Source: Goleter apudmare HA4340-LM2 | GTDB taxonomy: Bacteria > Cyanobacteriota > Cyanobacteriia > Cyanobacteriales > Nostocaceae | Reading direction: 5' to 3' | Assembly: GCA_019359495.1 (NCBI GenBank) | Contig: JAHHHF010000091.1 | Coordinates: forward strand, 1-64,000 | Length of the DNA stretch: 64,000 bases | Program-made: the position numbers and the translations under genes | Part shown: piece by piece, positions 20,669-31,409 of the stretch | Numbering within the stretch: the first letter of the stretch is position 1 | How the letters are laid out: each line of letters begins with the position of its first letter | The notes under the pieces: model-generated | The model's input: the letters and a program-made list of their open reading frames with translations, nothing else | Database searches by the model: none | Told to the model about the DNA's origin: nothing

Positions 20669-21934
20669 CTATTGCAACCCGACGGGGAAAGCCCCTGGCT
20701 GAACAGCTAAATTGAGATTCTGTCCATTGCGTCGTAACTCCAAGCGTAAATCTCTACCAATTTGGCTAGTTTCTACCGCCCTTTGCACACTACTAGCATC
20801 GGCGACTGATTGACCATTGAGCTTTTGGATGACGTCACCGGGGCGGATTCCGGCTCTTGCAGCAGGTGAATTCGGCACAACCCTGACGACTAAAACACCC
20901 CGATCTTCATTGATCCTCAAACCGTTGTTAGGGTCTGAGTTGATGTTTTGCTTGATTTCAGGGGTCAACCCAACCATCTGAATTCCCAAATAAGGATGTT
21001 GGACTTTGCCTGTAGTGATCAATTGATTGGAAATACGTTGAGCTGTGTTGATAGGAATGGCGAAGCCTAAGCCTTGGGCCCCCTGAATAATAGCTGTATT
21101 CATGCCAATCACTTCACCACGGGAGTTCAGTAGAGGGCCACCAGAGTTACCAGGGTTAATGGCTGCGTCAGTTTGAATATATTCCACGCGCTTATCGGGA
21201 GCGCCAATTTGATTACTAGAGCGTCCGGTGGCGCTAATAATTCCCGTAGTGACAGTATTATCTAAACCTAGAGGATTACCAATAGCGATCGCCCATTGTC
21301 CTGGTTGTAGTTGCTCAGAGTTGCCTAATGTTACTGTGGGCAAATTATCTGCCTCAACTTTGATTACAGCCACATCGGTTAACTCGTCTCTTCCTACCAC
21401 CCTACCTTGCAAGCTCCGTCCATCCTTGAGGATGACTGTCACCCTGTCAGCACCACTAACCACGTGGGCGTTGGTCAAAATCCGACCATCTTTGCTAATA
21501 ATGAAGCCTGAGCCTGTACCCCGTTGCACTCGTCTTTCTGGGGATGTTGGCAGTTGGGAGCCAAAAAACCGCCGGAAGAAGGGGTTATTAAATTCTTCTG
21601 GTATCTGGCTTGTAACTGTGCGGGAGGAGTTAATTCTCACCACAGCAGGGCCGACTCTTTGCACTACCTGGGTGACAAAATTAGGATCTGTACCAGCAGG
21701 TAAGGGAGGGGCAGCATTTACCGGACTAAGTGCCAAATTTGCTGCATTTTGAGACACCTGTTCCCGGTTTCCAGCCAAATAGCCACCTGCTAATGTCATC
21801 CCAGATCCCAAAAGCACCAGCGATAGAGAGGCAGCTGCCTTTGTCCAGGGTGCATAATGATGATTTTTCGAGCCAGAGCTATTTAACGAAATGCCTTTGG
21901 AGGATTTTTCTCCGTCGCGTGGTTGGTTTTGCAT
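20669..21934 (-). CDS. HtrA/DegP-family trypsin-like serine protease with PDZ domain (421 aa)
   Basis: Catalytic triad context (TNAHV..., D..., GNSGGPLLN) and a C-terminal PDZ domain. N-terminal signal/anchor present. Confidence 0.85.
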   Translation of the reverse strand: MQNQPRDGEKSSKGISLNSSGSKNHHYAPWTKAAASLSLVLLGSGMTLAGGYLAGNREQVSQNAANLALSPVNAAPPLPAGTDPNFVTQVVQRVGPAVVRINSSRTVTSQIPEEFNNPFFRRFFGSQLPTSPERRVQRGTGSGFIISKDGRILTNAHVVSGADRVTVILKDGRSLQGRVVGRDELTDVAVIKVEADNLPTVTLGNSEQLQPGQWAIAIGNPLGLDNTVTTGIISATGRSSNQIGAPDKRVEYIQTDAAINPGNSGGPLLNSRGEVIGMNTAIIQGAQGLGFAIPINTAQRISNQLITTGKVQHPYLGIQMVGLTPEIKQNINSDPNNGLRINEDRGVLVVRVVPNSPAARAGIRPGDVIQKLNGQSVADASSVQRAVETSQIGRDLRLELRRNGQNLNLAVQPGAFPVGLQ

Positions 21935-22433
21935 TTGCTGTCTGGAAAGATAACTAGATGTATTACTAATATAGATATTTTTTTTGACACTTTTGTTGCA
22001 GGGTATTGCACTAATGTAAAAAGTTTGATATCACACTTTGCTATTCCGTAAATTTTAAGATGTGCCTGGAACTTGTAGTCAGGCATTGGGGCTACAATTT
22101 TGCATTCAGCGTCAGTTGAGCAAAAGTTATGAGACCCAATCTTTTGGGGAAGTCGGACAATTGTTGCCAAAAGCAAGGTCTGCTGGGGCTTTATGGAGAT
22201 AAGTCTCAAGGAGGAGGTAGGGCTTTGGGATCACCAAGGTTCAGACCGCAGAGGAACCGTGAACAAGAGGGAATTGTGTGTTTTTGAGGATCTATCTTGA
22301 GGTTTAATGTTTAACAAGCTGATTTTGTGTTTCTAGCCTAAAACCTCACCATGCAATCTGCCAAATGGAAGTTTTTCTGGCTTCTTGGTCATGTTTTATT
22401 GAGATTAGGAATTGATAATTTCTAGGAGATATT

Positions 22434-23288
22434 ATGGTGACTAATGAAACCAAGGGGCAGCTGGTGATTATTGGGGGTGCGGAAGATAAAGATGGGGACT
22501 CTCAAATACTGAGAGAGTTTGTGCGCCGTGCTGGAGGTACGAAAGCTAAAATTGTGATTATGACGGCGGCGACAGAACTACCAAGAGATGTGGGAGAAAA
22601 TTATATCAGAGTGTTTGAGCGGTTGGGAGCGGCAGAAGTTCGCATAGTTGATACAGAAACCCGTGCAGATGCGTCTTCATCCACAGCCTTAGAAGCGATT
22701 GCTAAGGCAACTGGGGTATTTTTTACTGGGGGAGACCAAGCACGCATTACCAGCATCCTCAAAGATACGCAAATCGATGCAGCTATTCACAAACGCTTCT
22801 CTGAAGGCATAGTGGTGGCAGGTACAAGTGCGGGAGCTGCCGTCATGCCAGATAAAATGATTGTAGAAGGTGACTCACAAACCAATCCCCGGATTGAAAT
22901 TGTGGAGATGGGGCCTGGTTTAGCCTTTTTGCCAGGAGTGGTCATTGATCAGCATTTTTCCCAACGTGGACGTTTGGGACGCTTAATTTCCGCCTTGGTT
23001 CAAGAACCTGCTGTATTAGGATTTGGCATTGATGAAAATACCGCGATGGTTGTCACAGATAATCAAATCGAAGTCATTGGGCAAGGCTCTGTCACCATTG
23101 TGGATGAGTCGGAGGCTACATATAACAATATGAACGAAATCCTCAAGGATGAACCTTTGGCGATTTGTGGAGCGAAGCTGTATATCTTACCAGATGGATA
23201 CAAATTTGACCTAAAAACCCGCAAACCAATCTTGAATCAAAGCTCTGTGGCTCATGTCTCTGTACCAGTTGGTTCTGCAAACCCTTAA
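22434..23288 (+). CDS. cphB: Cyanophycinase (peptidase S51, 284 aa)
   Basis: Sequence LVIIGGAEDKDG...FFTGGDQ...AGTSAGAAVM matches the cyanophycinase/S51 fold. No cphA adjacent. Confidence 0.8.
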   Translation: MVTNETKGQLVIIGGAEDKDGDSQILREFVRRAGGTKAKIVIMTAATELPRDVGENYIRVFERLGAAEVRIVDTETRADASSSTALEAIAKATGVFFTGGDQARITSILKDTQIDAAIHKRFSEGIVVAGTSAGAAVMPDKMIVEGDSQTNPRIEIVEMGPGLAFLPGVVIDQHFSQRGRLGRLISALVQEPAVLGFGIDENTAMVVTDNQIEVIGQGSVTIVDESEATYNNMNEILKDEPLAICGAKLYILPDGYKFDLKTRKPILNQSSVAHVSVPVGSANP

Positions 23289-23317
23289 ACTTGAGAATGA
23301 TCAATAGCGATCGCTGT

Positions 23318-24067
23318 TCATTCATGAACACTACCATTAGGCATGATTGCTCCTCGTAAGTCTGCATTCGCTAGGTTTGTACCTGTAAGGTCAGCGCCGC
23401 TAAAGTCAACATTGAGGAGAAGAGCACCGCTAAAGTCAGCATAACTGAGGTCTGCTTCCCGAAAGCTAGCTGCTCTCAAATCGGTAACACAGTCATTCTG
23501 CCAAATCCCTGTACTCAAATTTGCTCTACAGAGTTTAGCTCCATCAAAGTTAGCTTGACAAATCAAAGCCTGACTAAGTTTTGCATAGCTCAAATCAGCA
23601 CCAATCAAAACTGCTTTGCCGAGATCCGTCCGTTGGTCAGAGGTAGGGCGTAAATCTACTTCAAATAGTATGGCGTTAGTTAACTTGGCATGACTGAGAT
23701 TGGTACCACACAAACTGGCTTTGCTCAAGTTAACTGCTTCTAAGTTGGCTTTAATTAACTTCGCACCACTGAGGTCTGCTTCCCGCAAAACTGCTTGATA
23801 GAAATCTGCTTCCGTTAAATCTGTTCCCCACAGAATCGCCTCACTCAGGTCTGTTCCCCGAAAACTGCATTGACTAAAGTTGGTTCTTCCTAGACGTGCT
23901 TGACGCATATCTGCTTGGGAGAAATTAGCCCCACTCAAATTGAGGTTAATAAACTCGGCTTCTAAGAGGTTAAATTTGCTAAAATTTCTTTCTCCCTGTG
24001 CATATTTCTGTAAAATTTTATCAATATTCATACTATTTATAAAATAATAATTCCGGATTTTTATCAA
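23318..24067 (-). CDS. Pentapeptide-repeat protein (249 aa)
   Basis: Continuous A(D/N)LSxA(D/N)L-type pentapeptide repeats throughout. Confidence 0.85.
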   Translation of the reverse strand: MIKIRNYYFINSMNIDKILQKYAQGERNFSKFNLLEAEFINLNLSGANFSQADMRQARLGRTNFSQCSFRGTDLSEAILWGTDLTEADFYQAVLREADLSGAKLIKANLEAVNLSKASLCGTNLSHAKLTNAILFEVDLRPTSDQRTDLGKAVLIGADLSYAKLSQALICQANFDGAKLCRANLSTGIWQNDCVTDLRAASFREADLSYADFSGALLLNVDFSGADLTGTNLANADLRGAIMPNGSVHE

Positions 24068-24190
24068 GTCAGATGATCCTGCTATTTTAGAACACCTACG
24101 GAATTAAAATTTATCTGATTAATTAATTATTAAATGCTCATATCTTACATTGGTATAGAAGAGACGTTACATGTAACGTCTCTACGGTTA

Positions 24191-24616
24191 TCATTCAGAA
24201 ATGATCGCATTCCTGTCTGGATAATCTTCAGAAGATAACGGATCTAACTCCCAGCGAGCATCATCACGATGCTCTAGGATATCGTTTGTGTGGAGAGGCT
24301 CGTCATCGTCCATTTCCAGCCCTACAGCTTTTGCTATCTCCTCAGTCACATCTTGATCTGGAGTTGGTGCAGTACCACCAACAGCTTCATCTCCTACTGC
24401 ATCTTCGACTGCCCAACCGGCATCAATATCACCACCAGTGATTTCAGGGCTGGTGTGCGTATACTGGTGTCTTCTATCCAAGAGCGATCGCCCACCGATA
24501 TTATATCCCGGCAGGTCTTTCACGCCAGTACCATAAGACTCAGTGATTTCCTGTGGTAAATCATCTGATTTCATCTCTGTGTTATTAATATTTTCTTCTA
24601 CCATAAGACTTGCCAT
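24191..24616 (-). CDS. Hypothetical acidic protein (141 aa)
   Basis: ORF only. Highly acidic, no recognisable motif. Occupies an otherwise 860-bp gap. Confidence 0.3.
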   Translation of the reverse strand: MASLMVEENINNTEMKSDDLPQEITESYGTGVKDLPGYNIGGRSLLDRRHQYTHTSPEITGGDIDAGWAVEDAVGDEAVGGTAPTPDQDVTEEIAKAVGLEMDDDEPLHTNDILEHRDDARWELDPLSSEDYPDRNAIISE

Positions 24617-24926
24617 TTCTACATCCTCACCATAACGTTTTACTCACAAAAGCTTGTCTGACTGAAGATGTATGACTTTAGTAATAAAACAATCTATCCC
24701 TTGGGAACGAAGTTATTTAACTATGAACAGCATAGGCTTAATAGTATGAATTCATGGTCAAGCCACTTGTAGTTGCAGTTGTTAGTTATGAGTTAGAAGT
24801 TATCAATCCCAAGCAACCAACCACCAACTTTTTAACTCATAACTACCTTTTTATTTTTAAGTTTTACAATTTTTTATCTATAACTCTAAATTTACAACTA
24901 TTAAATAATTAATTGGAGGTAGTAAA

Positions 24927-25328
24927 GTGGAACGCGATGAATTTATTACACACGTACAAAGCCTGGCTCAATCCAATTCCCGCGAAGAAGCAGAACGTGC
25001 TACCCGTGCCACTCTAGAAACCATTAAAGAACGTATTCCTGGTGATCAAGCCACGGACTTAGCTTCAGAATTGCCGCAACAATTAGGCAGTTATTTGTGC
25101 GGGCGTGAAAGGGAACCTGCTCAATCATTTAACTTGCAAGAGTTTATTACCCGTGCCAGCCAAAAAGAAAATATCGAGCCTACTGTAGCTGCAATTCATG
25201 TCCGGGCTGTTTTTGCTGTCTTGCAAAATGCTATCACCCCTGCCAAATTCACTCAATTTCACAGCTATTTCACTCACGATTACGAAGAACTGTTTGGGAC
25301 ATCACCAACTAGTGAAGTACCTGCTTAA
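24927..25328 (+). CDS. DUF2267-family protein (133 aa)
   Basis: Size and sequence pattern (two helical sub-repeats, ...ATLETIKERIP.....LPQQL) resemble DUF2267 proteins, which are often found in stress clusters. Confidence 0.5.
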   Translation: MERDEFITHVQSLAQSNSREEAERATRATLETIKERIPGDQATDLASELPQQLGSYLCGREREPAQSFNLQEFITRASQKENIEPTVAAIHVRAVFAVLQNAITPAKFTQFHSYFTHDYEELFGTSPTSEVPA

Positions 25329-25387
25329 GACAGACTGCAAAAATTATCAATTACCTGCTTTGTCAGCATTGACCACTGTTTAGTTAT

Positions 25388-26497
25388 TTGGGAAATAATA
25401 TGGTACATCACAACAATCATTCTGCAAAAAAAAGAGTTGCTATTCTCATCGAAAATGCAGTCGAAGATGTAGAGTTTTTAGTTCCTTATAATGGACTAAA
25501 ACAAGCAGGAATGGATGTAGTTGTTTTAGGGCCACGCGTCAACGAAAAGTTTAAGGGTAAACACGGCAAAGTTAATACCCACCCCGATAGCACTACATCT
25601 GAAGCCATTGCAGCTGAATTTGATGCAGTGGTAATTCCCGGTGGTATGGCTCCCGATAAAATGCGGCGGAATCCCAACACAGTACGCTTTGTCCAACAAG
25701 CCATACACCAAGGAAAATGGGTAGCTGCGGTTTGTCATGGGCCACAGGTTTTGATTGAGGGAGATTTACTCAAAGGTAAACAAGCTACTGGTTTCAGTGC
25801 TATCAGCAAAGATATGATCAATGCGGGTGCAAATTATCGAGATCAGCCCCTTGTTGTTGATGGCAATTTGATTACATCCCGTGAACCTGGAGATTTGGCA
25901 ATTTTCACCACAGCTATCTTGAGTCGTCTAGGTTACGGTGGTAAAGAAGCTGCATTACCTGATGAGAAAGATACAAGTGCTGAATGGTGGAAACTAGCTG
26001 ATGCTTGGGGTGGTTCTACCAAAGGTGATATTGTCCGAGGTTTAAATACTGCTCTTGCGGGTGAGCGTTATTCCTTGGAAGCGTTGGAGAAGTATACCGA
26101 AAAAGAATCAGATACAGAAGCTAAATCTCTGTTTCAAGAAATTATCGCTCAGAAACTACGCCACATCGAAAAGTTAGAAACTTACCTGCATCGATTGGGT
26201 GAAAAACCCTCTTTAGCTGCCAATATTGCCGAGCAGTATGCCAAGGTGAAAACTGCCCTGACCGGTAGTGATGACGTATATCAAATACGTTCAGCTTTAG
26301 GAGATTTGCAAACAGGTATTGGTGATGTAGGTAATTTATGTACGATGTTTACTGACCCAGTAGCGACTGCAATTTTCAAAGAAATTTACACCGATTTGTG
26401 GAAATACGAGCAGCGATTGGTGCAGCTATATCGAAAACGGGTAGGGGCTGGAGTTCAACCTCCTCAGCCAACTACAGGGGCTGCCGTAAAAATGTGA
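25388..26497 (+). CDS. DJ-1/PfpI-family domain fused to a C-terminal ferritin-like domain (369 aa)
   Basis: N-terminal KRVAILIENAVEDVEF...AAVCHGPQVL (nucleophile elbow Cys-His) typical of DJ-1/PfpI. C-terminal ~150 aa are helical with E/H-rich pairs resembling ferritin-like/DUF2383 folds. Confidence 0.65.
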   Translation: MGNNMVHHNNHSAKKRVAILIENAVEDVEFLVPYNGLKQAGMDVVVLGPRVNEKFKGKHGKVNTHPDSTTSEAIAAEFDAVVIPGGMAPDKMRRNPNTVRFVQQAIHQGKWVAAVCHGPQVLIEGDLLKGKQATGFSAISKDMINAGANYRDQPLVVDGNLITSREPGDLAIFTTAILSRLGYGGKEAALPDEKDTSAEWWKLADAWGGSTKGDIVRGLNTALAGERYSLEALEKYTEKESDTEAKSLFQEIIAQKLRHIEKLETYLHRLGEKPSLAANIAEQYAKVKTALTGSDDVYQIRSALGDLQTGIGDVGNLCTMFTDPVATAIFKEIYTDLWKYEQRLVQLYRKRVGAGVQPPQPTTGAAVKM

Positions 26498-26680
26498 TGT
26501 TTGTTTAGGAACCGCAGAGGCGCAGCGAAAAGTCTGAGCGGAGGCTTCCTCCGTAGACACCCGGAGGGTGGCTTGCCACAGGCATCAGAACTTTTCAAGA
26601 CAGAGAACACAGAGAGAGAAACAAGAGAGTTTTTGCGCTTCCTTGGCTTGGCTATTGTACTGTAATCAGGAGATAAAACG

Positions 26681-27379
26681 GTGACTCTAACATCAGGAGA
26701 TCCAGTTAATAAAACGCAACCTGAAGCTAGTGAAGTTGAGCGGTGGGCTTCTCTCATTGGTGGTGGGGCGATGGTACTGATGGGTTTAAGGGAAGGCTCT
26801 TTGCGCGGTGTGCTGATGGCGTTGGCTGGCGGTGGTTTGCTGTATCAAGGTGCAACAAAACAAAGCACGATTCAGCAAGCACAAGAAGTTGCGGGCATAA
26901 ATAAACCAATCAAAGTTGAAAAGACGGTAACAATTAATAAACCAGCCGATGAACTTTACCGCTTTTGGCATAACTTTGAGAACTTACCCACCTTTATGAA
27001 GCATCTGAAATTTGTCAAGGTGTACAACGAAAAACGTTCTCACTGGATTGCCAATGCACCCTTGGGACAGAGTGTGGAATGGGATGCAGATATCTTGGAA
27101 GATCGAGAAAATCAATTTATTTCTTGGGCTTCTGTGCCAGGTGCAGATGTTGATAATTCTGGTTTTGTACGGTTTAAAAAAGCTCCGGGAGAACGGGGTA
27201 CAGAAGTCAAAGTTGTGATGGAATATAACCCGCCTGGTGGAGGCTTAGGGGCTGCAATAGCAAAGCTTTTTGGGGAGGAACCAGAACAACAAATTGGTGA
27301 TGATTTACGCCGCTTTAAGATGTTAATGGAAGCGGGTGAAATTGCTACGACAGAAGGGCAAGCAAGGGGAAAAAGCTGA
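26681..27379 (+). CDS. SRPBCC (cyclase/dehydrase, START-like) domain protein with N-terminal membrane/Gly-rich segment (232 aa)
   Basis: Central region (...INKPADELYRFWHNFENLPTFMKHLKFVKV...) fits the polyketide-cyclase/SRPBCC fold. Confidence 0.55.
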   Translation: MTLTSGDPVNKTQPEASEVERWASLIGGGAMVLMGLREGSLRGVLMALAGGGLLYQGATKQSTIQQAQEVAGINKPIKVEKTVTINKPADELYRFWHNFENLPTFMKHLKFVKVYNEKRSHWIANAPLGQSVEWDADILEDRENQFISWASVPGADVDNSGFVRFKKAPGERGTEVKVVMEYNPPGGGLGAAIAKLFGEEPEQQIGDDLRRFKMLMEAGEIATTEGQARGKS

Positions 27380-27494
27380 GTTGGTAAGTACAAAAATTCA
27401 TCAGTTAAGCTGAGAAAAAGTACTACAAATTTAGTGAGTATTTAACTTCTTTCACATAAACAAAACAACTTAATGAAATCACTAGAGGATTATT

Positions 27495-27917
27495 ATGAGT
27501 CGCATACTTTCTAGGCTACAAAATCTGCTTCTGAGTCAGATTATAATCATTTTTCTGGTTGGATCTATGTTTTTTGGACTCCAGTCATTTAACTATGGAC
27601 AATCCATGCTGTTGGCGCAAGTTGATACTGTAAAAACTCCAGAGGGTGTTTATTATAAAGGTACTCCCGATAATCAGGGTATGGTCAGGAATGACAAGCA
27701 GATGGACAATGCCCAGAAGAGGCTCAAAAACGCTGGTGATAATATTCGAGATAGGCTAAATCTGGATGAAGAAACTCCTGAAGCCACAAAAGAGTTTTTA
27801 GACTCAGTACGAAATAAAGCGGAAGACACAGTTGAGCCAATAACTGGCAGTAAACGCGGATATTACCAAGAAAATCCACCTCAAAGAGAGGCTTTAGAAC
27901 GGGCGATCAACAGATAG
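27495..27917 (+). CDS. Hypothetical membrane-anchored protein (140 aa)
   Basis: ORF with N-terminal TM helix. No motif recognised. Confidence 0.35.
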   Translation: MSRILSRLQNLLLSQIIIIFLVGSMFFGLQSFNYGQSMLLAQVDTVKTPEGVYYKGTPDNQGMVRNDKQMDNAQKRLKNAGDNIRDRLNLDEETPEATKEFLDSVRNKAEDTVEPITGSKRGYYQENPPQREALERAINR

Positions 27918-27970
27918 GGTGCGGAGGGAGAAAAATCAGATAATTTATTTTTGGGAGTTTCGTAATCATC

Positions 27971-29167
27971 ATGAAAGCAGTTTGTTGGCACGGAGTCAAT
28001 GATGTGCGGGTCGAAACAGTTCCCGACCCTAAAATTATCAACCCGCGTGATGCGATCGTCAAAATTACTTCTACAGCAATTTGTGGTTCAGATTTGCACC
28101 TTTATAATGGCTATATCCCCACGATGCAAAAAGGCGACATCTTAGGTCACGAATTTATGGGAGAAGTCGTCGAATTGGGGAGTGGAGTTACAAATTTGCA
28201 AAAAGGCGTAGACGGGAAGCGGCTTCTCCCTGGAGATCGCGTAGTTGTCCCGTTCACAATTTCCTGCGGTGGCTGTTCCTTCTGTCAGCGACAATTGTGG
28301 TCTCTGTGCGACAACTCTAATCCCAATGCTTGGCTAGCAGAAAAGCAAATGGGCTATTCGCCGGCAGGTCTATTTGGCTACTCTCACCTATTGGGCGGTT
28401 ATGCTGGCGGTCAAGCAGAGTATGCACGAGTGCCTTTTGCTGATGTGGGCTTGTTCAAAGTACCTGATGATTTGACTGATGAGCAGGTACTGTTTTTAAC
28501 TGACATTTTTCCAACTGGCTACATGGCAGCCGAGAACTGCAACATCAAACCCGGTGATGTTGTTGCTGTTTGGGGCTGTGGCCCAGTTGGACAATTCGCC
28601 ATTAAAAGCGCTTATCTCCTCGGTGCAGAAAGAGTGATCGCTTTTGACCGTATTCCAGAACGCCTGCAAATGGCTAAAGAGTATGGTAAAGCTGAAGTCC
28701 TTAACTACGAAGAAGTTGATGTCGGCGAAGCACTGAAAGAAATGACCGGTGGTCGAGGCCCCGATGCCTGTATAGATGCAGTGGGGATGGAGGCACACGG
28801 CACTGATGTTATGGCATTATACGACCAAGTTAAGCAAGCTGTGCGTCTAGAAACAGACCGTCCAACAGCATTACGGCAAGTCCTGGTGTCTTGTAGTAAA
28901 GGTGGTCACGTATCTATTCCAGGCGTTTATGGTGGCTTTGTGGACAAAATACCGATGGGTGCAGCGTTGAACAAAAGCCTAACGTTCAAAATGGGACAGA
29001 CTCACGTCCACAGGTATTTAAAACCCTTGCTAGAACACATCCAAAAAGGTGAAATTGATCCATCCTTTGTAGTTACTCATCGCCTACCTTTAGAAGAAGC
29101 TCCCCACGGCTACAAGATTTTCAAACACAAGCAAGATGATTGCGTCAAAGTTGTCCTCAAACCTTAA
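27971..29167 (+). CDS. Zn-dependent alcohol dehydrogenase, glutathione-independent formaldehyde-dehydrogenase-like (398 aa)
   Basis: Sequence [20 protein letters not shown]...CGSDLH...GHEFMGEV, a structural-Zn Cys cluster (CGGCSFC) and Rossmann motif GCGPVG. Confidence 0.85.
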   Translation: MKAVCWHGVNDVRVETVPDPKIINPRDAIVKITSTAICGSDLHLYNGYIPTMQKGDILGHEFMGEVVELGSGVTNLQKGVDGKRLLPGDRVVVPFTISCGGCSFCQRQLWSLCDNSNPNAWLAEKQMGYSPAGLFGYSHLLGGYAGGQAEYARVPFADVGLFKVPDDLTDEQVLFLTDIFPTGYMAAENCNIKPGDVVAVWGCGPVGQFAIKSAYLLGAERVIAFDRIPERLQMAKEYGKAEVLNYEEVDVGEALKEMTGGRGPDACIDAVGMEAHGTDVMALYDQVKQAVRLETDRPTALRQVLVSCSKGGHVSIPGVYGGFVDKIPMGAALNKSLTFKMGQTHVHRYLKPLLEHIQKGEIDPSFVVTHRLPLEEAPHGYKIFKHKQDDCVKVVLKP

Positions 29168-29277
29168 GTAAGTCTGTATGCATCAGGTTAACCTGTGGGA
29201 TTTTTACCGTTCTCATTTGTGTTAGCTAATTTCCCGGAGATGGTATTACGAATAAACTGTAGTTTTATGGATGAAAT

Positions 29278-29619
29278 ATGAGTGACACCAGTGTTAAAAA
29301 AATAGACTCTAGCCATTCTCCCAAAGGTCAACTAGGTCAGAAGTATCTTGCTTCTGGCAAATCTCTGTCTATGCGGATTTGGGAAGACGAGCAACCAGGC
29401 GAAGATAAACAGCCAACTACACGCGACTATGAAACAGTTGGCTATGTAATTAACGGTCGGGCAGAGTTACATATAGAGGGGCAAATGATTTTGTTAGAAC
29501 GTGGTAGTTCTTGGGTAGTACCAAAGGGAGCAACTCATAATTACAAAATTTTGGAACCATTCACTGCTGTTGAGGCAACTAGTCCGCCTGCTCAAGTACA
29601 CGGGCGTGATGAGAATTAA
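29278..29619 (+). CDS. Cupin-domain protein (113 aa)
   Basis: Small beta-barrel-type sequence with the GxxxHxH-like cupin core (ETVGYVINGRAELHIEGQ). Confidence 0.5.
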   Translation: MSDTSVKKIDSSHSPKGQLGQKYLASGKSLSMRIWEDEQPGEDKQPTTRDYETVGYVINGRAELHIEGQMILLERGSSWVVPKGATHNYKILEPFTAVEATSPPAQVHGRDEN

Positions 29620-29831
29620 ATATGGGATATTAAACCGCCGATGAGCACAGATAGTTTATCGGCGATTTTCTTTGTGTATCTGTGGTTATAAATTTGCTAA
29701 TTTATTGTGATATTTTGATCTGACTGGTGACTGATGTATCTGCAAGATTTGATGAGTTTCCTAGAAAGGATAAGCGACACATATATCAAATTTTGTGCGC
29801 TAGTCATCAAGTACCAATCAGGGAAATCCCC

Positions 29832-30764
29832 ATGTTTTATCACAATAAGAAGCTACAGTATTTCAAGCCACCAGAAAGACCCGATCCAGTCTACGCCAAG
29901 AAAATCCAAGAACTCATCGGTGGGACTTTTGGTGAGATGACAGTGATGATGCAGTATCTATTTCAGGGCTGGAACTGTCGAGGTCCTGCTAAATATCGAG
30001 ATATGCTGCTAGATGTCGGGACTGAGGAAATCGGTCACATTGAGATGTTGGCTACAACGATCGCCCATTTGCTCGATAAAGCACCGGTGAAAATGCAAGA
30101 AGATGGGGCACAAGACCCTGTAGTAGGTGCGGTGATGGGTGGTAGTGATCCTCGTGATGTGATCATGACAGCCGCAATGAACCCCCAACATGCGATCGTC
30201 TCCGGTTTGGGTGCTCTGCCTACTGACAGTGTTGGCTTTCCTTGGAATGGCCGCTTTATTGTTGCTAGTGGAAACCTCCTAGCAGATTTTCGATCAAATC
30301 TCCATGCGGAGAGTCAAGGACGCCTGCAAGCAGTGCGCTTGTATGAGATGACTAATGATCCTGGCGTGAAAGATACCTTGAGCTTTATGATCGCCCGTGA
30401 CACAATGCATCAAAACCTGTGGTTAGCAGCCATTGAGGATCTAGAACAATCTGGACTGGAAAGTACCCCTGTTCCCAGTTCCTTCCCACTGGAATTGGAA
30501 AAACGTGAGTTTGCCTACCAGTTTTGGAATCATTCTGAAGGTAACGAAAGTGCCGAAGGTCGTTGGGCAAAAGGTCGTTCTATGGATCATAAAGGGGAAT
30601 TTCAGTATGTTGCCAATCCGCAACCTTTAGGGCCCCAACCAGAACCACCACAGCCTGAGCCAAATTTACACGGTACGCCCCAAAGTAGACAACCACAAGG
30701 TAACGGTGCTACTGTTCCTCCATCCGGGGGACGCGTGCAGATCAAAGGCTCCTCAACTTCGTAA
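29832..30764 (+). CDS. Manganese-containing (non-haem) catalase (about 310 aa)
   Basis: Mn-catalase ferritin-like motifs (LLDVGTEEIGHIEM, ...MIARDTMHQN...). Start taken at ATG 29832 (MFYHNKKLQYF); the ORF extends upstream to 29727. Confidence 0.85.
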   Translation: MFYHNKKLQYFKPPERPDPVYAKKIQELIGGTFGEMTVMMQYLFQGWNCRGPAKYRDMLLDVGTEEIGHIEMLATTIAHLLDKAPVKMQEDGAQDPVVGAVMGGSDPRDVIMTAAMNPQHAIVSGLGALPTDSVGFPWNGRFIVASGNLLADFRSNLHAESQGRLQAVRLYEMTNDPGVKDTLSFMIARDTMHQNLWLAAIEDLEQSGLESTPVPSSFPLELEKREFAYQFWNHSEGNESAEGRWAKGRSMDHKGEFQYVANPQPLGPQPEPPQPEPNLHGTPQSRQPQGNGATVPPSGGRVQIKGSSTS

Positions 30765-30910
30765 CCCCAGGCGATCGCTCCCTAGTTATCTGGAAAAGGA
30801 AGCGATCGCCTCTAAAAATCTCCTAACTGCTACTACATTTTTAAAGTGATTGCACCCCCTAACAATAGTCCTGAAACCTCAACACCGCAAAAGGATCATG
30901 TTGTGCAGAC

Positions 30911-31390
30911 CTAGGGTTGGGGAGGTTTATTTTCCGTTGGCTCGAAGACATTTTTTAGTAAAGCCAACCCTTCTTCTATATTGGAAACTTGCTCTGATGT
31001 CAGACCTGCCAAAAGGTCGGCAATATGAGCGCGAGTTTGGTCTTGAGATTGCTTTAAATGATGCTTACCTTCTTCAGTAAGATTCAGGAGAACTCGCCGC
31101 CGTTCGTGTGGATCATTGATGCGTTGTACCAAGTTGCGTTGTACTAACCGTTCTGTTGTGGCTGATGCTGTCGCACAGGTAACACCTAAATGCTCTGCCA
31201 AATCAGATAATGAAGCACCGGGACTGCGGTTAAGAAATGCTAGCGATCGCAACTGTGGTATGGATAAAGAAGCGGCACTGTGAACTCGCATATCCGCTCG
31301 GATAAACCGCATCACTAACGGAATTGTATCCATTACTCTGGCAGCACATTCTTCCGCAGTCGCGCTTTGCAAAGGTTTACCGAGGGTCAT
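30911..31390 (-). CDS. MarR-family transcriptional regulator (159 aa)
   Basis: Winged-helix MarR core (LSIPQLRSLAFLNRSPGASLSDLAEHLGVTCATASATTERLVQRNLVQRINDPHERR). Confidence 0.8.
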   Translation of the reverse strand: MTLGKPLQSATAEECAARVMDTIPLVMRFIRADMRVHSAASLSIPQLRSLAFLNRSPGASLSDLAEHLGVTCATASATTERLVQRNLVQRINDPHERRRVLLNLTEEGKHHLKQSQDQTRAHIADLLAGLTSEQVSNIEEGLALLKNVFEPTENKPPQP

Positions 31391-31409
31391 TTGCTATTTA
31401 TTCTCCTAG

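Noticed and set aside
21228-21957. 174-aa and 75-aa plus-strand ORFs antisense to htrA
   Set aside because: Shadow ORFs within a well-supported protease gene.
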